A DNA stretch of 64,000 nucleotides from Amoebophrya sp. A120 (taxonomy: Eukaryota; Protista; Dinoflagellata): positions 3,735,706-3,799,705 of the forward strand of contig CAJINV010000001.1 of assembly GCA_905178155.1 (NCBI GenBank). Reading direction: 5' to 3'. The notes beneath the pieces were generated by a model. The model was given only the letters and a program-made list of their open reading frames with translations, did no database searches and had not been told where the DNA came from. Of the stretch, positions 35,917 through 48,226 are shown piece after piece; the first letter of the stretch is position 1; every line of letters starts with the position of its first letter. Both the position numbers and the translations under genes were made by a program.

Positions 35917-38900
35917 ATGGGTGAAGTGCGCGTCGTCCTGAAGTCTGCCTTCGGGCTCTTCTCGAGCAAAAATGCAGCCCCCCAGATTCCGGAGTCGGCT
36001 GCGAAGGCCAAGTCAAAGGCGGGCGGGTCAAGAGCGAGTCCCACCGACGCAGAACCCTCCTCGTCCAGCAGCTCAGCCCTGAACACCTACGTGAAGGTGT
36101 CTCTGCTGTCCAAGAGCAAAGTGTTGGATACCTTCACGAGTACGATAATCAAGGGCGTGCAGGACCCGGAGTGGGATGAGGAGTTCGTGTTTGCGAAGGT
36201 GAAGCACGACGCCCTGAGCATAAAATTTGAGGCGTACCACACCCCAGACGGGAAAAGCTCGTCAGGAAAGGAAGTCGAATTCCTAGGCTGCTGCCACGTG
36301 CAGGAGTTGAGGAAAATAAGAAATTTGGAGGTAAAAAAAATAATTTTGCTGTGATGTTTGTAGCATCCGTATCGGTTGGTTGCACGTAATCTAATAACTA
36401 TAAGGAGAAGGCTTGTCCAAATTGCTGCTGAACCTTCAGAAGCTTTTTCTTCTGAAGGTCTTCTGAAGGTCCAAAATCATCACTGGAACCTTCAGAAGAA
36501 ATGGAAAAAAGTCTCTTTTTTTTGAGCGAGCATACCATCGGTTTAACCATGAGCATTTTTTTCTTCTGAAGGTCACGCCTTCAGAAGGTTTTTTTTTACC
36601 TTCAGAAGAAAAAAATGAAAAATGAGCAAAAAAACCTTCAGAAGGTGAAAAATGACCGTTTTGAAATCTTCTGAAGGTTGAAAACCTTCAGAAGGTGACA
36701 CTTTTTTGACCTTCAGAAGACTTTCCGACTTTTTAGAAAAAAAAAGGCAGTGAAGTGTCGCAATTTTGGCCAACCTTCTGAAGGTTGAAAACCTTCAGAA
36801 GGTTTTTCAATTGTGTCTCCAAAGCGACAACTTTTTGCGTTCTTTTTTCCGCATTCTTCAGAAGCTTTGACCTTCTGAAGACCATCTTCTGTAGAATCTT
36901 CTGAAGACCGAAAAGCTTCTGAAGGCTTTGCAGAAAATACGCAAGACGCACGAAAATTTCCAAAAGCTTTTCTGATGCGCGTTGCTTTGTTGGGCGTTTT
37001 AAAAGCATTGCTCGCGCCGCCTATTGCGAAAGTGCCACCGGCGCGCGCACGCATTTCGAAAGTGCCCACAGGCACGACTGAGTACGCGCCTTACTGTCTT
37101 GTGCGATGAAAGAGCGCTGCTTGTGCTAGAAGATATTTTCACAGGCCGCGCTTTGGAGTTATTGTTCAGCTGCTCGCTCTGCTATTGTTCAGCTGCCACG
37201 TGCAGGAGTTGAGGAACATAAGAAATTTGGAGGTAAGATTATGGCCATTCTAACTGCATCTTTTCAAAGTACATAAAAAATTTTCAGGGTCCCCCGGCAT
37301 AGGCATGGAAGTGCTTGACTTTTGTCATGTAAACTTGTCTTACGTACACTACTTCTGGACTTTGCATGCTAAATTAGCTAGTTAAGAAGGCGGCCAGGTC
37401 GCCGCACCGACGGCTACCCCGCTCACGAATTCGGGTCATTTTTGAATCTTTCGCAAAGACAACGCGGCTGCGAAGGTAGTCGCGCCCCCCCAGAGAGGAC
37501 GAGCACCGCTCGGCAGCTTCTCCCCTTCCCAAAGTGCGACGGAATTGTAGGGCACGGCCCCAGCTCTTCGACGGGGCAAAAGAAGTCGTAAAGCTGGCCC
37601 TGGCCCACATCACGATGGCGCTGCGCTTTTCGTCCGACACTCCCCCACGCAGCCTCCTCGGCAGAGGACACATAGCCGGCCCAGTCACCGCACTGCTTCT
37701 GTCGCGCCGCCACCCCCTCGTCGCTGGAAACGTCAGCGCCCCCATAACCCCCCGTGAGGTTTTGCCGTGCTTCAAGCCTGCCAGGTATTGCGCACCTGCG
37801 CAGCGTCCCTCTGCCCTTGCGTGGCAAGTCAGTGCAAAACCATATGGGCCCAGCCCCCATAGCGCAACCGCATGCGGCACAACTCTACCTCGCGAAACCT
37901 GCGGCCGGGGCCCCCATGGATAACGACTACCGCCGCTTTGTTTGGTGGGGGAAGCCTTCATGGCCAGCGCCGTCCTTCTATGTACAGCAAAAACGGCATC
38001 GAGGGGGCGGCCGCGCTGGCAAAGATTGAAACCAGGGACAGGCGCCGGCGGCCTACGCCTTCTCCTGCCTACCGCTAGCTTCCGCAGGCCCTTGGGATTG
38101 TGTCAGCGCTGCGCGAAAGCAGACCGGGAGGCCCGCATGTTGCGGCCAACGACTGCTGCCACGTGCAGGAGTTGAGGAACAAGATAAGAAATTTGGAGGT
38201 AAAAACGATTTCGATAGATTGCGGCGTTAAAATTTACACTTATGGACGGACACAATACCGCTGCGGTACCATCGCGACTTCGATCATGATCGAAAAAATG
38301 TTGCGATCATGAGCGAAAAACATAGCAAAAAAGGGCGACGAATCGCGACGGTGGCGTTCTGTTTGTGGGTTTTTGTATCATCGCGCGGCCACCAGTGGCG
38401 CACTCTCAGTAGCTGACAGGCCGCCGCTTTTTCGTGGTGAGGCAGGCGTTGCGCGTCTTGCCCCCAGACACGCGGATAAAGGTTAGCCCGGCTCGCAGCG
38501 TTGGCGCCCTTCCGCCCCGGAAGGGCGCAGTCCGGCAGCCCAAGTACGGGCGGGCGTTTCTAAAATGCCTGGAACCGTTGGGCGTTGCATCGCTAGCGGG
38601 CCTCAACAAGCCGGAGCGCAGTGGCCATGTTTCTCTTGAAAGAAGGGCGAGGCCTGTGTTGCCAGCGCCGGCTCGGCCGGCCGCGGAAATTTATTTGTGC
38701 GTCCACGCAGGCGCTGCAGAGCCCCGCGCACACACGGCGACCCTCTGTGAAGCGTCGGCGCCGTTGGCCTGTGCGCCGGCCTGTGCGATTTTTATTTTGG
38801 TATGCGTGCCCGGGTAGCAAGGCAGCTGACAAAAAGCCCTCGGCGGGCCGGTTCCTCCGCGGGGCCGGACCTCCGGACGGAGCTCTGCGGCCCGGGTGGC

Positions 38901-41763
38901 TCTTTCTGGCCTGCTCCGGCTAACGAGCTGGGTGCGAGCAAGCTTTGGCGGTGGCAGCGTGCGTTGATCAGACTCGCGCCCCCGCCAACCCCTGCCCGTT
39001 GTCACAGGCGTAGCTGCGTCTTGGGGGTTCGCCTTCTTTTGGGGCCGCCCAGAGCGGTTTTTCCCGGGTCGCTCGACGCCTGTTCCCCAAGCCCCTCCCT
39101 GGCGTGCCCAGAAAGGAAAAACGCTCCGCGCCCGCGCCCCTTCCATGGCAGGCCCGAAAAATTTTTTGTTTTCGCGCGGCCCGTTTCTCGGGCTCGCGAA
39201 GTGCCGACTTTGCGATCAGAGCGGAGAAACAGCTGCTGTGCAGGTGTTTCTTCGGAGAAACACCTGCGCAGCAGCTGTTTCTCCGATCAGATCGCGAAAT
39301 GTGGCGAGGAAAAACCCGCCGGACCCGATTGCCTCGCTTTCTCTGGAGAGGGTCCTCTGGCGGTGGCGCGCCGCAATATTTGCCAGGAGGCCGCGCAGTG
39401 ACCAGCTGCGCAAAATGGCGGGCCTGCACTCACCGCGCAGTCTGCGCCTGGGGCTGGGGATCTTCGTCATGCGTGCCTGGCGGCCGTGCCTAGCGCCGAC
39501 CAACGCTCAGCCAGCGCCGCAGAGCCCGCCCTCCATCGCCGGAAGGGGGCGGGACTACAGCCATTTTGCAGGAGTTGAGGAACAAGATAAGAAATTTGGA
39601 GGTAAAAACGATTTCGATAGATTGCGGCGTTAAAATTTACACTTTACTGTGATGTAGCACGACCGGTTGGTTGCACTGCAAATGAAAACTGAAAAGTATA
39701 GAAAAGCTATTTCAGTTTCAGTTTTTTCATTGCATTCGAATTGCAATCCCGCTGTCCGCCCTCCAGGTCCAACGCAAGCTGATGAACGCGAAATGCAACG
39801 AGATAGTGGACGGCGTCCTCTTTGCCGAGTATTCCAACGTGCCAGACTTGAGCAAGATACAGGGCGACCCGCAGGACCACCTGCCCCCGGAAGCCGACGG
39901 CGTCGACGGCGACGACGCGGGCTGCTTTTGCGGTTTCGTGTACGTCGAGGCGGTCGACGCGATAGATTTGGACGCGGCGCACCTGCTGGTCAAGAAGAGG
40001 CGGGCCGACGACGAGGACAGCGACGACGAGGACGAGAACAATTTACGACAGTGCACAACTCCCGCTCCTCCTCATTTGTCATGCAAAAACCCAAGCTCAG
40101 TTCCAGTTGCTACCTTGTGGCACCGCGTGCATAACATTAACAAATTCCGGAAACAAATCCAAACAATACTACACTCGGCGCATGAACTTGCCATGCACGT
40201 GGTCCACCTGATGTACTGGTGTTTGTAATGCTGTTTTTTTATGCCTTTACAAACGTAGGAGGGGGTGGGGGAGGGGGAGTTGTGCACTGTCATACAATTT
40301 GGCGCCAAAACAGAAAGTGGATTGGAACACGATTATGGAAGTCACCTGCACCAAGCAGTGCAAATCCAGAAAGGTGGGCTTCAGCTGGAGGTCGCTGGAG
40401 GTTGAGGGTATAGAAGTGGGAAAATCAAAATTTACTAGTGTTGGTTTGATGAAGATCAGGATGCTGGTAATGCTCATCCCCGTTGTCCTTTCACTTCATC
40501 ACTTTTGCGCCGCGGATGTTGAGTTTATCCATCCACTATCTCCAGGTACTCCCAACCCCGCTTGGAACGAGGGTTGTTCTTTTCCGATTGATATGAACTG
40601 CAAAAGTATCGTACTCGTATAAATGCATTACAAATTTCCTCCGCATGAGAAATAAAATTTGTAATGCAGATTTGCCTTGGAAACAAGATTTGTAATGCAT
40701 GACTTGCATTTATACGAGTGCGATACTTTTGCAGAGGATAATTGACTTTGAGAGCTCGGACCACTTAAAGCCAGTAAAGATCCGCGTGCTCCAGGACGAG
40801 GGATTAGTGGGGTCGACGTTTTGCGACATTCCGCTGACCCCGGTTTCCAGAATCTACATCAAGCGCATCCACGACGATATCAGCATGCAAGTCAGAGGGT
40901 AAATAAGAAACCATAGAATTTTTTCGATCGGAACTTATCAATCTTGTATTTGTTTCTCGTTCTTCTTCTTTCTCACTTCTTGTGATGATCAGCGATCAGG
41001 ATCAGATAGGCGTTTGAATTTGATCAATGTCGACGTGTCAGCGTTTCTTTCCTACGTTCCCCACCCACCATTTCTTTTTCCCCTCACAAATAACTCAGGT
41101 ACGTCGTGGTAAAGGTCGGGTTTGTCCCCTTCGGCTTTCGGGTTTCCGATCTCCTTACCGAGACCGTGATGGATGAGATGGCAACGGCGGATTTCCTCGG
41201 GATGCGCCGGAAGTACGCCGATGTGATCTCACAGAACCACGAGTACCAGGACGCGGTGGTGAGTCTGCAAGACAAGATCGACGACTTGGAAGGGATTAAG
41301 AAGCCGGATCAGGATGTGGAAAAGGAGCAAGAGGAGAAGTTGGAAAAGAAAGGCCCCTCGGTGAAGGCCAGGTGGCACTTCTTCGCCATGGCAGCCGAAC
41401 CGTGGTCAAAAGCAACGAAAGTATCCGCGTACCGACTGCGATTACTGCTGGAAGAGAGTACAGATATCTTTTGCGAATGATTTGTAGTTCAGACATCGTG
41501 TAGTTGACATACAGTCCACCCTGTTTCTTTTCTCGAAACTGTTTCCGCATCACAAACTGAAACTTCAAGGTCTCCCAGACCGGCGACACCAGGTGGTGCC
41601 GATGATTCGGGCCATGACCAGTTCTGCTTACCTCAACTTTCGCGAAACCAATCAGCTCCTGAACGAGTTCCATCTCACGAAAAGGGAATGGAAGAAGCTC
41701 GTCGGCTCCGTGCTGAAGGGCAACATGCAGATGCCAACCGAGCGGATCGAGGTACTGGCGTAG
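35917..41763 (+). CDS. C2-domain protein (multi-exon; 3.4-kb first intron; two introners; 3' end uncertain)
   Basis: C2 motifs GEVRVVLKSAFGL, TYVKVSL, QDPEWDEEFVF and IKFEAY..EFLG, plus a second NPAWNE..SFPID. Phase-0 intron 36331-39766 joins RNLE|VQRKLMN. Confidence 0.7.
36430..36926. repeat. Dispersed array of the quasi-palindromic motif ACCTTCAGAAG / CTTCTGAAGGT
   Basis: Roughly 20 copies in both orientations separated by A/T tracts, inside the C2-gene intron. Confidence 0.8.
39209..39299. repeat. Inverted repeat (hairpin) with a stem of about 43 bp and a 4-nt loop
   Basis: tttgcgatcagagcggagaaacagctgctgtgcaggtgtttct-tcgg-agaaacacctgcgcagcagctgtttctccgatcagatcgcgaaa. Confidence 0.85.
40044..40294. 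mobile_element. Introner, singleton TIR family
   Basis: TACGACAGTGCACAACTCCC ... GGGAGTTGTGCACTGTCATA with a perfect caatt repeat. Removal gives DEDENNLAPKQKVDW. Confidence 0.9.
40592..40740. mobile_element. Introner family B
   Basis: TATGAACTGCAAAAGTATCGTACTCGTATAAATGCA ... TGCATTTATACGAGTGCGATACTTTTGCAGAGGATA with a perfect attga repeat. Removal gives SFPIDFESSDHLKPVKIRV. Confidence 0.92.
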
Positions 41764-42603
41764 ACGGTGGGGCGGTCTTTTTGGTCGTTCCTGCAACTAG
41801 GTGGCGTGTCGGAAAGATGAGTATGCTAAGTGCCTTTGTATCGGAAATGTTGAACGTAATTGTATGCCGGAGTTTAACAATTTCAATTTTACGATAGAAG
41901 CAACTTTTGTGACTGTTGTCGAAAACAATGAACCTTGTTTGAACAATTTGCCATCACACTGGAAAATCGTAGCTTGTTGTATATGCGCTTGATGAAACAG
42001 AGTCGTTTGCGTTTCCAACAGAAACAATATGCAATGTACAATAGCAAATTTTACGCACCGGCGAGAATGAAAGTTCCATCTGTACTGAATTTGTTGTAGT
42101 TTGCTACAGGATGCGAACGCGATCACACCTTTTGGTAAGCGAAGTGACCACTTTGTACAAACGCTGAAGGAACAAGCAGATTCAGATCGATCATGCTCCA
42201 CTTTTTTGCAACCGCATGGCTAGAATTCTCGTGTTCCGTCCAACGATGAACAGCAAAGGCGTCATGGTGTACACGATCGATCCAACAAGAACTACACAAA
42301 ACATTGATTATCAGTAAGATCACAACCTAACATCAAGCCCAGAAGCATGAACAATTTTTATGGTAAGTACTTTGAAGTGACGCGAATGCAATAGAGAACA
42401 GATCGAGATCCAGTTCTTGTGTGTGGTTCAAAATGAATGGCAACCGCACAAAAAAAACCCTAAAATCGACACAGTCCAGCGATTGATTCTTCAAACCACG
42501 CCACCGCTTTTTTTTTCAGTAGTTCATTGAGCTTTAGCACTAAGAACTCAAGAACTCTTTTGATTTTCTAACCTTCGAAGGACTGAACCAATCGATTGAA
42601 GCC

Positions 42604-44089
42604 ATGTCTGACGGGTGCAAGGTTTTTGTCGGCAATCTGCGCCGCGACGTGCAGAAGAGCGAACTGGAGAAGATTTTCCAGGAGCACGGCGACATCCGGT
42701 CCACCTGGATCGCGAAGAGCCCGCCGGGCTTTGCCTTTATCGTCTTCAACAATCCCGATGACGCTTCGAAAGCGGTGTCTGAGCTCCACGGCTATCAAGC
42801 GGGTAAGAATTTATTTTGTACAAACATAGTACGTGATAGGTTATCAACACCTACAGCAGGCGATCGTGCTGCTGGTACAGGAGCAAGTTTTGGGTCGAGC
42901 ATGCTTGTGATAATTTTGACGGAGTAAGTTGTACCAGAACTTGCAACTGGCGTTTGATGTTAACTTTCACCATAACCAATTCAGACCAACTACTGCTACA
43001 CATCAACTCTTCGACGCGTTTGTGATCATATCTTCGCGGCTCGTCTCCAGCTGCTGCTACGCGCCTTTATAGACAGACTGCCTAAAGCCTCTACAAGAAG
43101 TCACCAAATCCGTTTCTCCCGCCGTGCGACGTCGTCGGCGTCTCGGCGTCTTGTCGTTTGACTCGCTACGTGATCCAACGCGAGTGTTTTTCGCCGCGTC
43201 GTGCTGCGTCATCATGATCTACTGCACAAGTACATCGATCGACGTGTAAAAGTCGACCGCATTTTTTTGCAGCTACGCATTTTTGCACACGTCGAACCTA
43301 GACCTCCTGCAACTACAAACCCTGTGCGTCTCGAGCTCATCCTTGCTGCGGCAGTAAGAAAGCGGCCAGCAGGGTGCTGCTCGTATTTTTACATGAGACG
43401 ATCTACGTCTACTGGAGCATCGTGCGTGCACGTCTAGAAGCACCTGCTACCTACTGGAGCTCCTGTTGTCTTCCCAGTAGATCAGGAGCAGCATGCTACA
43501 GCCGCCTCCCGTCGCGCCGATGCGTCACGGCTGACTGTTCTTCGTCGTTCGTCTAGTACACCACAGCGTCCATCACCGATCTACAAGTTCGGCTTCATCC
43601 ATCATTCCAACATGTTGTAGTAAGAAGTGCTCCTCATTCCGAATCACTACTATCTTTCAGATTTTTGCGAATCCAACGGGCAAGGCCTGCGTGTGGAGGT
43701 CAGTACCGGCGGACCGGGTGGCCGCAAGCGTGAGTCCAGCCGTGATCGGGGTTCCCGTCGCTTCCTGCGATCCCGGTATTATTGATTGTTTCTCGATCGG
43801 TATTTATCTTTTCTAGGCATACTCATAGTGAAAGAAAATTTTGTATTTACCCAGTGAGCACTGGCATCTGCATAAAAAGAAAAACCCGTAAGTCGCGTAT
43901 TGGGAGCAAATACAGAGCCTTCTCTTGTACTTCCTCAAAAGTCGCAACAAATCTAAATCTATCCTTTCAACATTCCACAGCTCCCGTGGTGGTGGTCGCG
44001 ACCGAGGCGGGCGTGGTGGCCGCAAGGAGAGTCGCGGCCGCGACAGGCGCCGTGACTCCCGTGGCCGGGGTGGCCGCAGCCGTCGCTAG
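42604..44089 (+). CDS. SR-family splicing factor (single RRM plus RS/RG tail; SRSF3/SRSF7-like)
   Basis: KVFVGNL (RNP2), WIAKSPPGFAFIVF..PDDA..AV.ELHG (RNP1), exon 2 from 43661 (GLRVEVSTG), and a final exon from 43981 with RDSRG/RSRR repeats. Confidence 0.85.
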
Positions 44090-45209
44090 GTGGTTTTTCA
44101 TCGATCATGCGATCACTGAACCCACGGTAAAGAAGGAGAGACGGAACTAGTTTCTTCGCTTCGCCACATAACTATGCTGACTTTGGATTTCATTTTCTCA
44201 GAGGAAAAAATGTACACAGTTGATGCTCGATCGTCTATTGACTATGTAAAGGAAAAAATATATTGATGTCTCACCCGATGCACTAGTACCTAGACCTACT
44301 CTACTACCCATGATCGTCGCGAACTCACCACTTCTCCGCGGTCGCTTTCACTAATCCGACCTTCACTAATCCGACCGAAGACCCTGACGAACTATTCATG
44401 ATAGTGATACGCAATCGACGGAGTCTGGCTACTCTAATATGTAGTTGATGGACGCACGCGCGAGGCACCTAAGATGTTGCACTAGAAGTGGTTTTCCTAT
44501 TCACGACTTGCGAGACAGAATGACACACAAATGTCGAATGATCTTTCACTTTGAAGGCGTGACCCGTTTGGTTTCTTCGACAGTAACGCAATGTTCAGTA
44601 TGACATGGAAAGTGCATCTCTGCCGCAGGAGGTGCCGCAACAAAAATCAACCGAATCTTCAAGCAAGTTCCGAAAATGAAAAACTGCTGCAAAATCCTCA
44701 GCGGAAGATCCACCACTTCGTTCATTTTGCGAAGCCAACGCAGAAACGGATCTTGTGGAATAAGCTAATAGTAGGTTATGGTTATGATGCATAGTAGTTG
44801 CAGCTTTGCCTTCGCAGGATACATACTCATCCAGTATTCCTATTCACCTTTTTCGTTTCCCTCTTTCACCTGCAGGCTCGGGCACAACTGAATACGTGAT
44901 ATCACCACTTTTTCGAATTAGATGAAAGAAAGTACTTAAGTAAGACAGCACTAAGGTGGGCCACAGCATTTTTACCGGTACACTCACATAAAGGGCTCTG
45001 AAAGTTTCATCTACTCTAGCGACACACCGCAACATCATACGAAAGCATCAAAACAAAAGATTTCAGAGTTGGAGGAATTTAGCCATTGCCACGACTTCTT
45101 ACGAGTATAGAAATTCTGTTTTTCGTCCACCTTTGTACGACTTCTTGTATCACGCCTACCCCTTCATCTACAACCGCGACATTCTCTTTACCAGAAGCAT
45201 TCTACCAAG

Positions 45210-48200
45210 ATGGCGAACCCGCAGGACATCGATCTCTCTGGCTTCAACATGGGCCAGATGATGATGGACGAGTATGGGAACCCGTTTGTGGTGCTGGAGG
45301 AGCAGGGCATGAAGAAGCGGACCCACGGGCTGGAGGCCCACAAGCAGAACATCATCGCAGCGAAAGCCGTGGCGGAGACCGTGCGAACCAGTCTCGGACC
45401 CAAAGGCATGGACAAAATGATCGTGTCACCGGTATGGCGTTCTCAAATGTTACATTCTCAACTGTTACATGATTTGCCATGCAAAAACGCTATCTCTCTT
45501 AAGACGATCAAGCCTTCTCCGCATGACAACTTCTCGACGCGCTAGATAGCATTATAATCTACTCCAAACCTGTAATGCAAAAGGCGCAACGTTTCCCCTT
45601 TCACTTTTGCCATTCTTGCATTACAAATTTCATGTAACAGTTGAGAATGTAACGTTTGAGAACTCCATAACCGGACGGGGACGTCACCGTCACAAACGAT
45701 GGAGCGACCATCCTGGAAAAGATGGACGTCGACAACCAGGTATTAAGCGATTTGCGATGCCTAAACACGTCTCCAAACGCAAATCCTATTCATAACATGG
45801 TGCGAAGATTCGACTAGTTCTTTCATGCGCTGATTGTGCCATGACGTGATGAATACAAAAGTGATTTGCCTATCAACAACTACACACGTCGACCACAACA
45901 GATCGCCAAGCTCCTAGTCGATCTTTCTGTTTCCCAAGACAACGAAATCGGCGACGGTACGACGGGCGTGGTGATTATGGCCGGGGCTTTGCTGGAACAG
46001 GCCCTGAAGCTCTTGGAAAAGGGCATCCACCCGCTGCGAATTGCCACGGGTTACGAAAAATCCTGCGAGGTCGCAGTGAAGAGGTACTAGTTTTACCAAA
46101 AAATTGTTTGCTTTGTATACTGTTTTGCACCATTATGCAGTTGCATTACGATTACTAGGAGTAGGAAGTCGACCTAACAGGATTGCAAATCAAACAGTGT
46201 TCTTGGATCAATCTTTTCCTCAAAACATAATATCAGAATCCAAGAAATCGCCCGGGAAATGGACGTGATGAAGGACGACTGCGCCGCGCTGAAGAAGGCC
46301 GCTGCCACCGCCCTCGGGTCAAAAATCGTCAGTTCCCACCAGGCGCACCTCGCGGAGATCTGCGTGGGCGCGGTTTTATCCGTGGCCGACCTGGAGCGGA
46401 AGGACGTGAATTTTGACTTGATCAAGGTGGAAGGAAAAGTGGGTGGAAAGTTGGAAGAGACCAAAATGATCAAGGGGATCGTGATCGACAAGGACTTCGC
46501 CCACCCGCAGATGCCGAAAGTCGTCGAAAACGCGAAGCTCGCGGTGCTGACCTGCCCGTTTGAGCCCCCAAAGCCCAAGACCAAGTACAAGCTCGACATC
46601 CGCACGGCGGAAGACTACCGCAAGCTGCACGACACCGAGCAGAACTACTTCCTGGACATGATCCAGAAGATCAAGGCCGCGGGGGCCGACATGGTCATCT
46701 GCCAGTGGGGTTTCGACGACGAGGCCACCCACCTCCTCTACCAGCACAAGCTGCCCGCGGTGCGCTGGGTCGGGGGCGTCGAAATGGAACTGTTGGCGAT
46801 CGCGACCGGGGCCAGGATCGTGCCGCGGTTCGAGGAATTGAGTGCGGACAAACTCGGGTACGCCGGAAAAATCACCGAGGTGCAGATGGGCACAAACCGG
46901 GAACCCATGTTGGTCATCGAAGACTGCGGCAACACAAAAACCGTCACCGTGCTGGTACTATTAGCTCAGATGATTCAGATTCTATTGCTTTTGAATTTGA
47001 TGCTTGTAAATGTGTGTACCCCTCTTGCCTGGAGACTGAATGTTGATGTGCAAGAACTAGCAGGGCTCAACCTCAACCACGAAAAAAACTTACCGGAAAG
47101 TACTTAGGCGTTAAACAAACATCTCGTGCATTTTTACAGGTCCGCGGTGGTAACAAAATGGCAGTCGCGGAGGCAAAGAGGTGTTTGCACGACGCTAACT
47201 GCTGCGTCAGGAATCTGATTGTGAACCCGATGATCATCCCTGGAGGAGGTGCGTCCGAAATCGCCGCCTCGTTAGCCATCGTCGAAGCCTCAGACAACGA
47301 ACCCACTGTGGATCAATACAGCATGAAAGGTACAGAGAATTTTTTACTTACGTATTGTTGCATAGTACTCCAGAACATTTGTTTTTGAGATTGCTGAGGC
47401 GACATTGGGTCCTCGTGGTGTGCGCACTCAAAGAGGGTCTTGGTCACTTTTTCTTTTTTGCAGCACGCACCAGCAGCTGAAAGCTGTCTATTCTAAAAAG
47501 AAAGATTAAGATCGCGACCCATTTATTACGACTACACAGCCTTCGCCGACGCGTTGGACACGATCCCGCAGATCCTGGCGGAGAACAGCGGTCTCCCGTG
47601 CATCCAGACGGTAACGGACTTGAAGGCAAAGCAGATCGACACGAAGAATGGGTGGTTTGGCGTGGACGCCATGTGCAAGGGCACCAACGACATGTGGGAC
47701 CAGTCTGTGTACGAAGCCCTCTCCTCGAAGTGCAACCAGTTCCGGTTGGCCATATGAACTGCAAAAATGTCTGGGTCTGGGAGATTGCGAGATTTGTCAT
47801 GCTTGTCTGGCATGACTCTGAACTCTGTGTTGCATGGCCGCGAAGAGCTCCTCCTCCCTGTCATGCAAAAACGCAGTTTCTCATGCGGAGTACGCAACTG
47901 AGAACCATGGAAAAAACTTGTCATGCTTGGCAGCGCATTATAGTGAGTTCACTAATATTCCCTTTCTTGCATCACAAGTTCCCAGACCCAGACATATTTG
48001 CAATGCATAGGCCACCCAGGTGGTAAAAATGATCCTCAAAATCGACGACGTGATCTGCATATCCTGTGCAAAAGTATCGTACTCGTATTGCAATCATGCA
48101 TTACAAATCCTTTTGCTAAGGTAAAACTGCATTACAAATGTTATTTCTCATGCTGAGGAAATTTGTAATGCATTTATACGAATACGATACTTTTGCAGTT

Positions 48201-48226
48201 CATACTGCAACGCCGACAGCTTCTAA
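45210..48226 (+). CDS. CCT5: T-complex protein 1 subunit epsilon (chaperonin CCT5)
   Basis: Motifs [76 protein letters not shown] and [16 protein letters not shown]. Five GT-AG introns plus three introners. Confidence 0.96.
45433..45669. mobile_element. Introner, singleton family with TIRs of about 40 bp
   Basis: TATGGCGTTCTCAAATGTTACATTCTCAACTGTTACATGA ... TCATGTAACAGTTGAGAATGTAACGTTTGAGAACTCCATA with a perfect accgg repeat. Removal restores [15 protein letters not shown]. Confidence 0.93.
47753..48009. mobile_element. Introner family A
   Basis: TATGAACTGCAAAAATGTCTGGGTCTGGGA ... TCCCAGACCCAGACATATTTGCAATGCATA with a perfect ggcca repeat. Removal restores [17 protein letters not shown]. 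Confidence 0.93.
48060..48204. mobile_element. Introner family B (opposite orientation to the 40592 copy)
   Basis: TATCCTGTGCAAAAGTATCGTACTCGTA ... TACGAATACGATACTTTTGCAGTTCATA with a perfect ctgca repeat. Removal gives DDVICNADSF*. Confidence 0.9.

Noticed and set aside
39555-39575. agccattttg resembling the dinoflagellate spliced leader (CCGTAGCCATTTTGGCTCAAG)
   Set aside because: Only about 10 nt match and the flanks disagree, which is compatible with chance.
37374-39633. Multiple overlapping 100-200 aa GC-rich ORFs on both strands
   Set aside because: Arg/Ala/Pro-rich with no motifs, as expected from GC-rich non-coding sequence inside an intron.
47532-48026. Recurrent short ORF peptides such as [16 protein letters not shown] and QKYRTRIN in many ORFs
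   Set aside because: They are translations of the family A and B TIRs, not a protein family.
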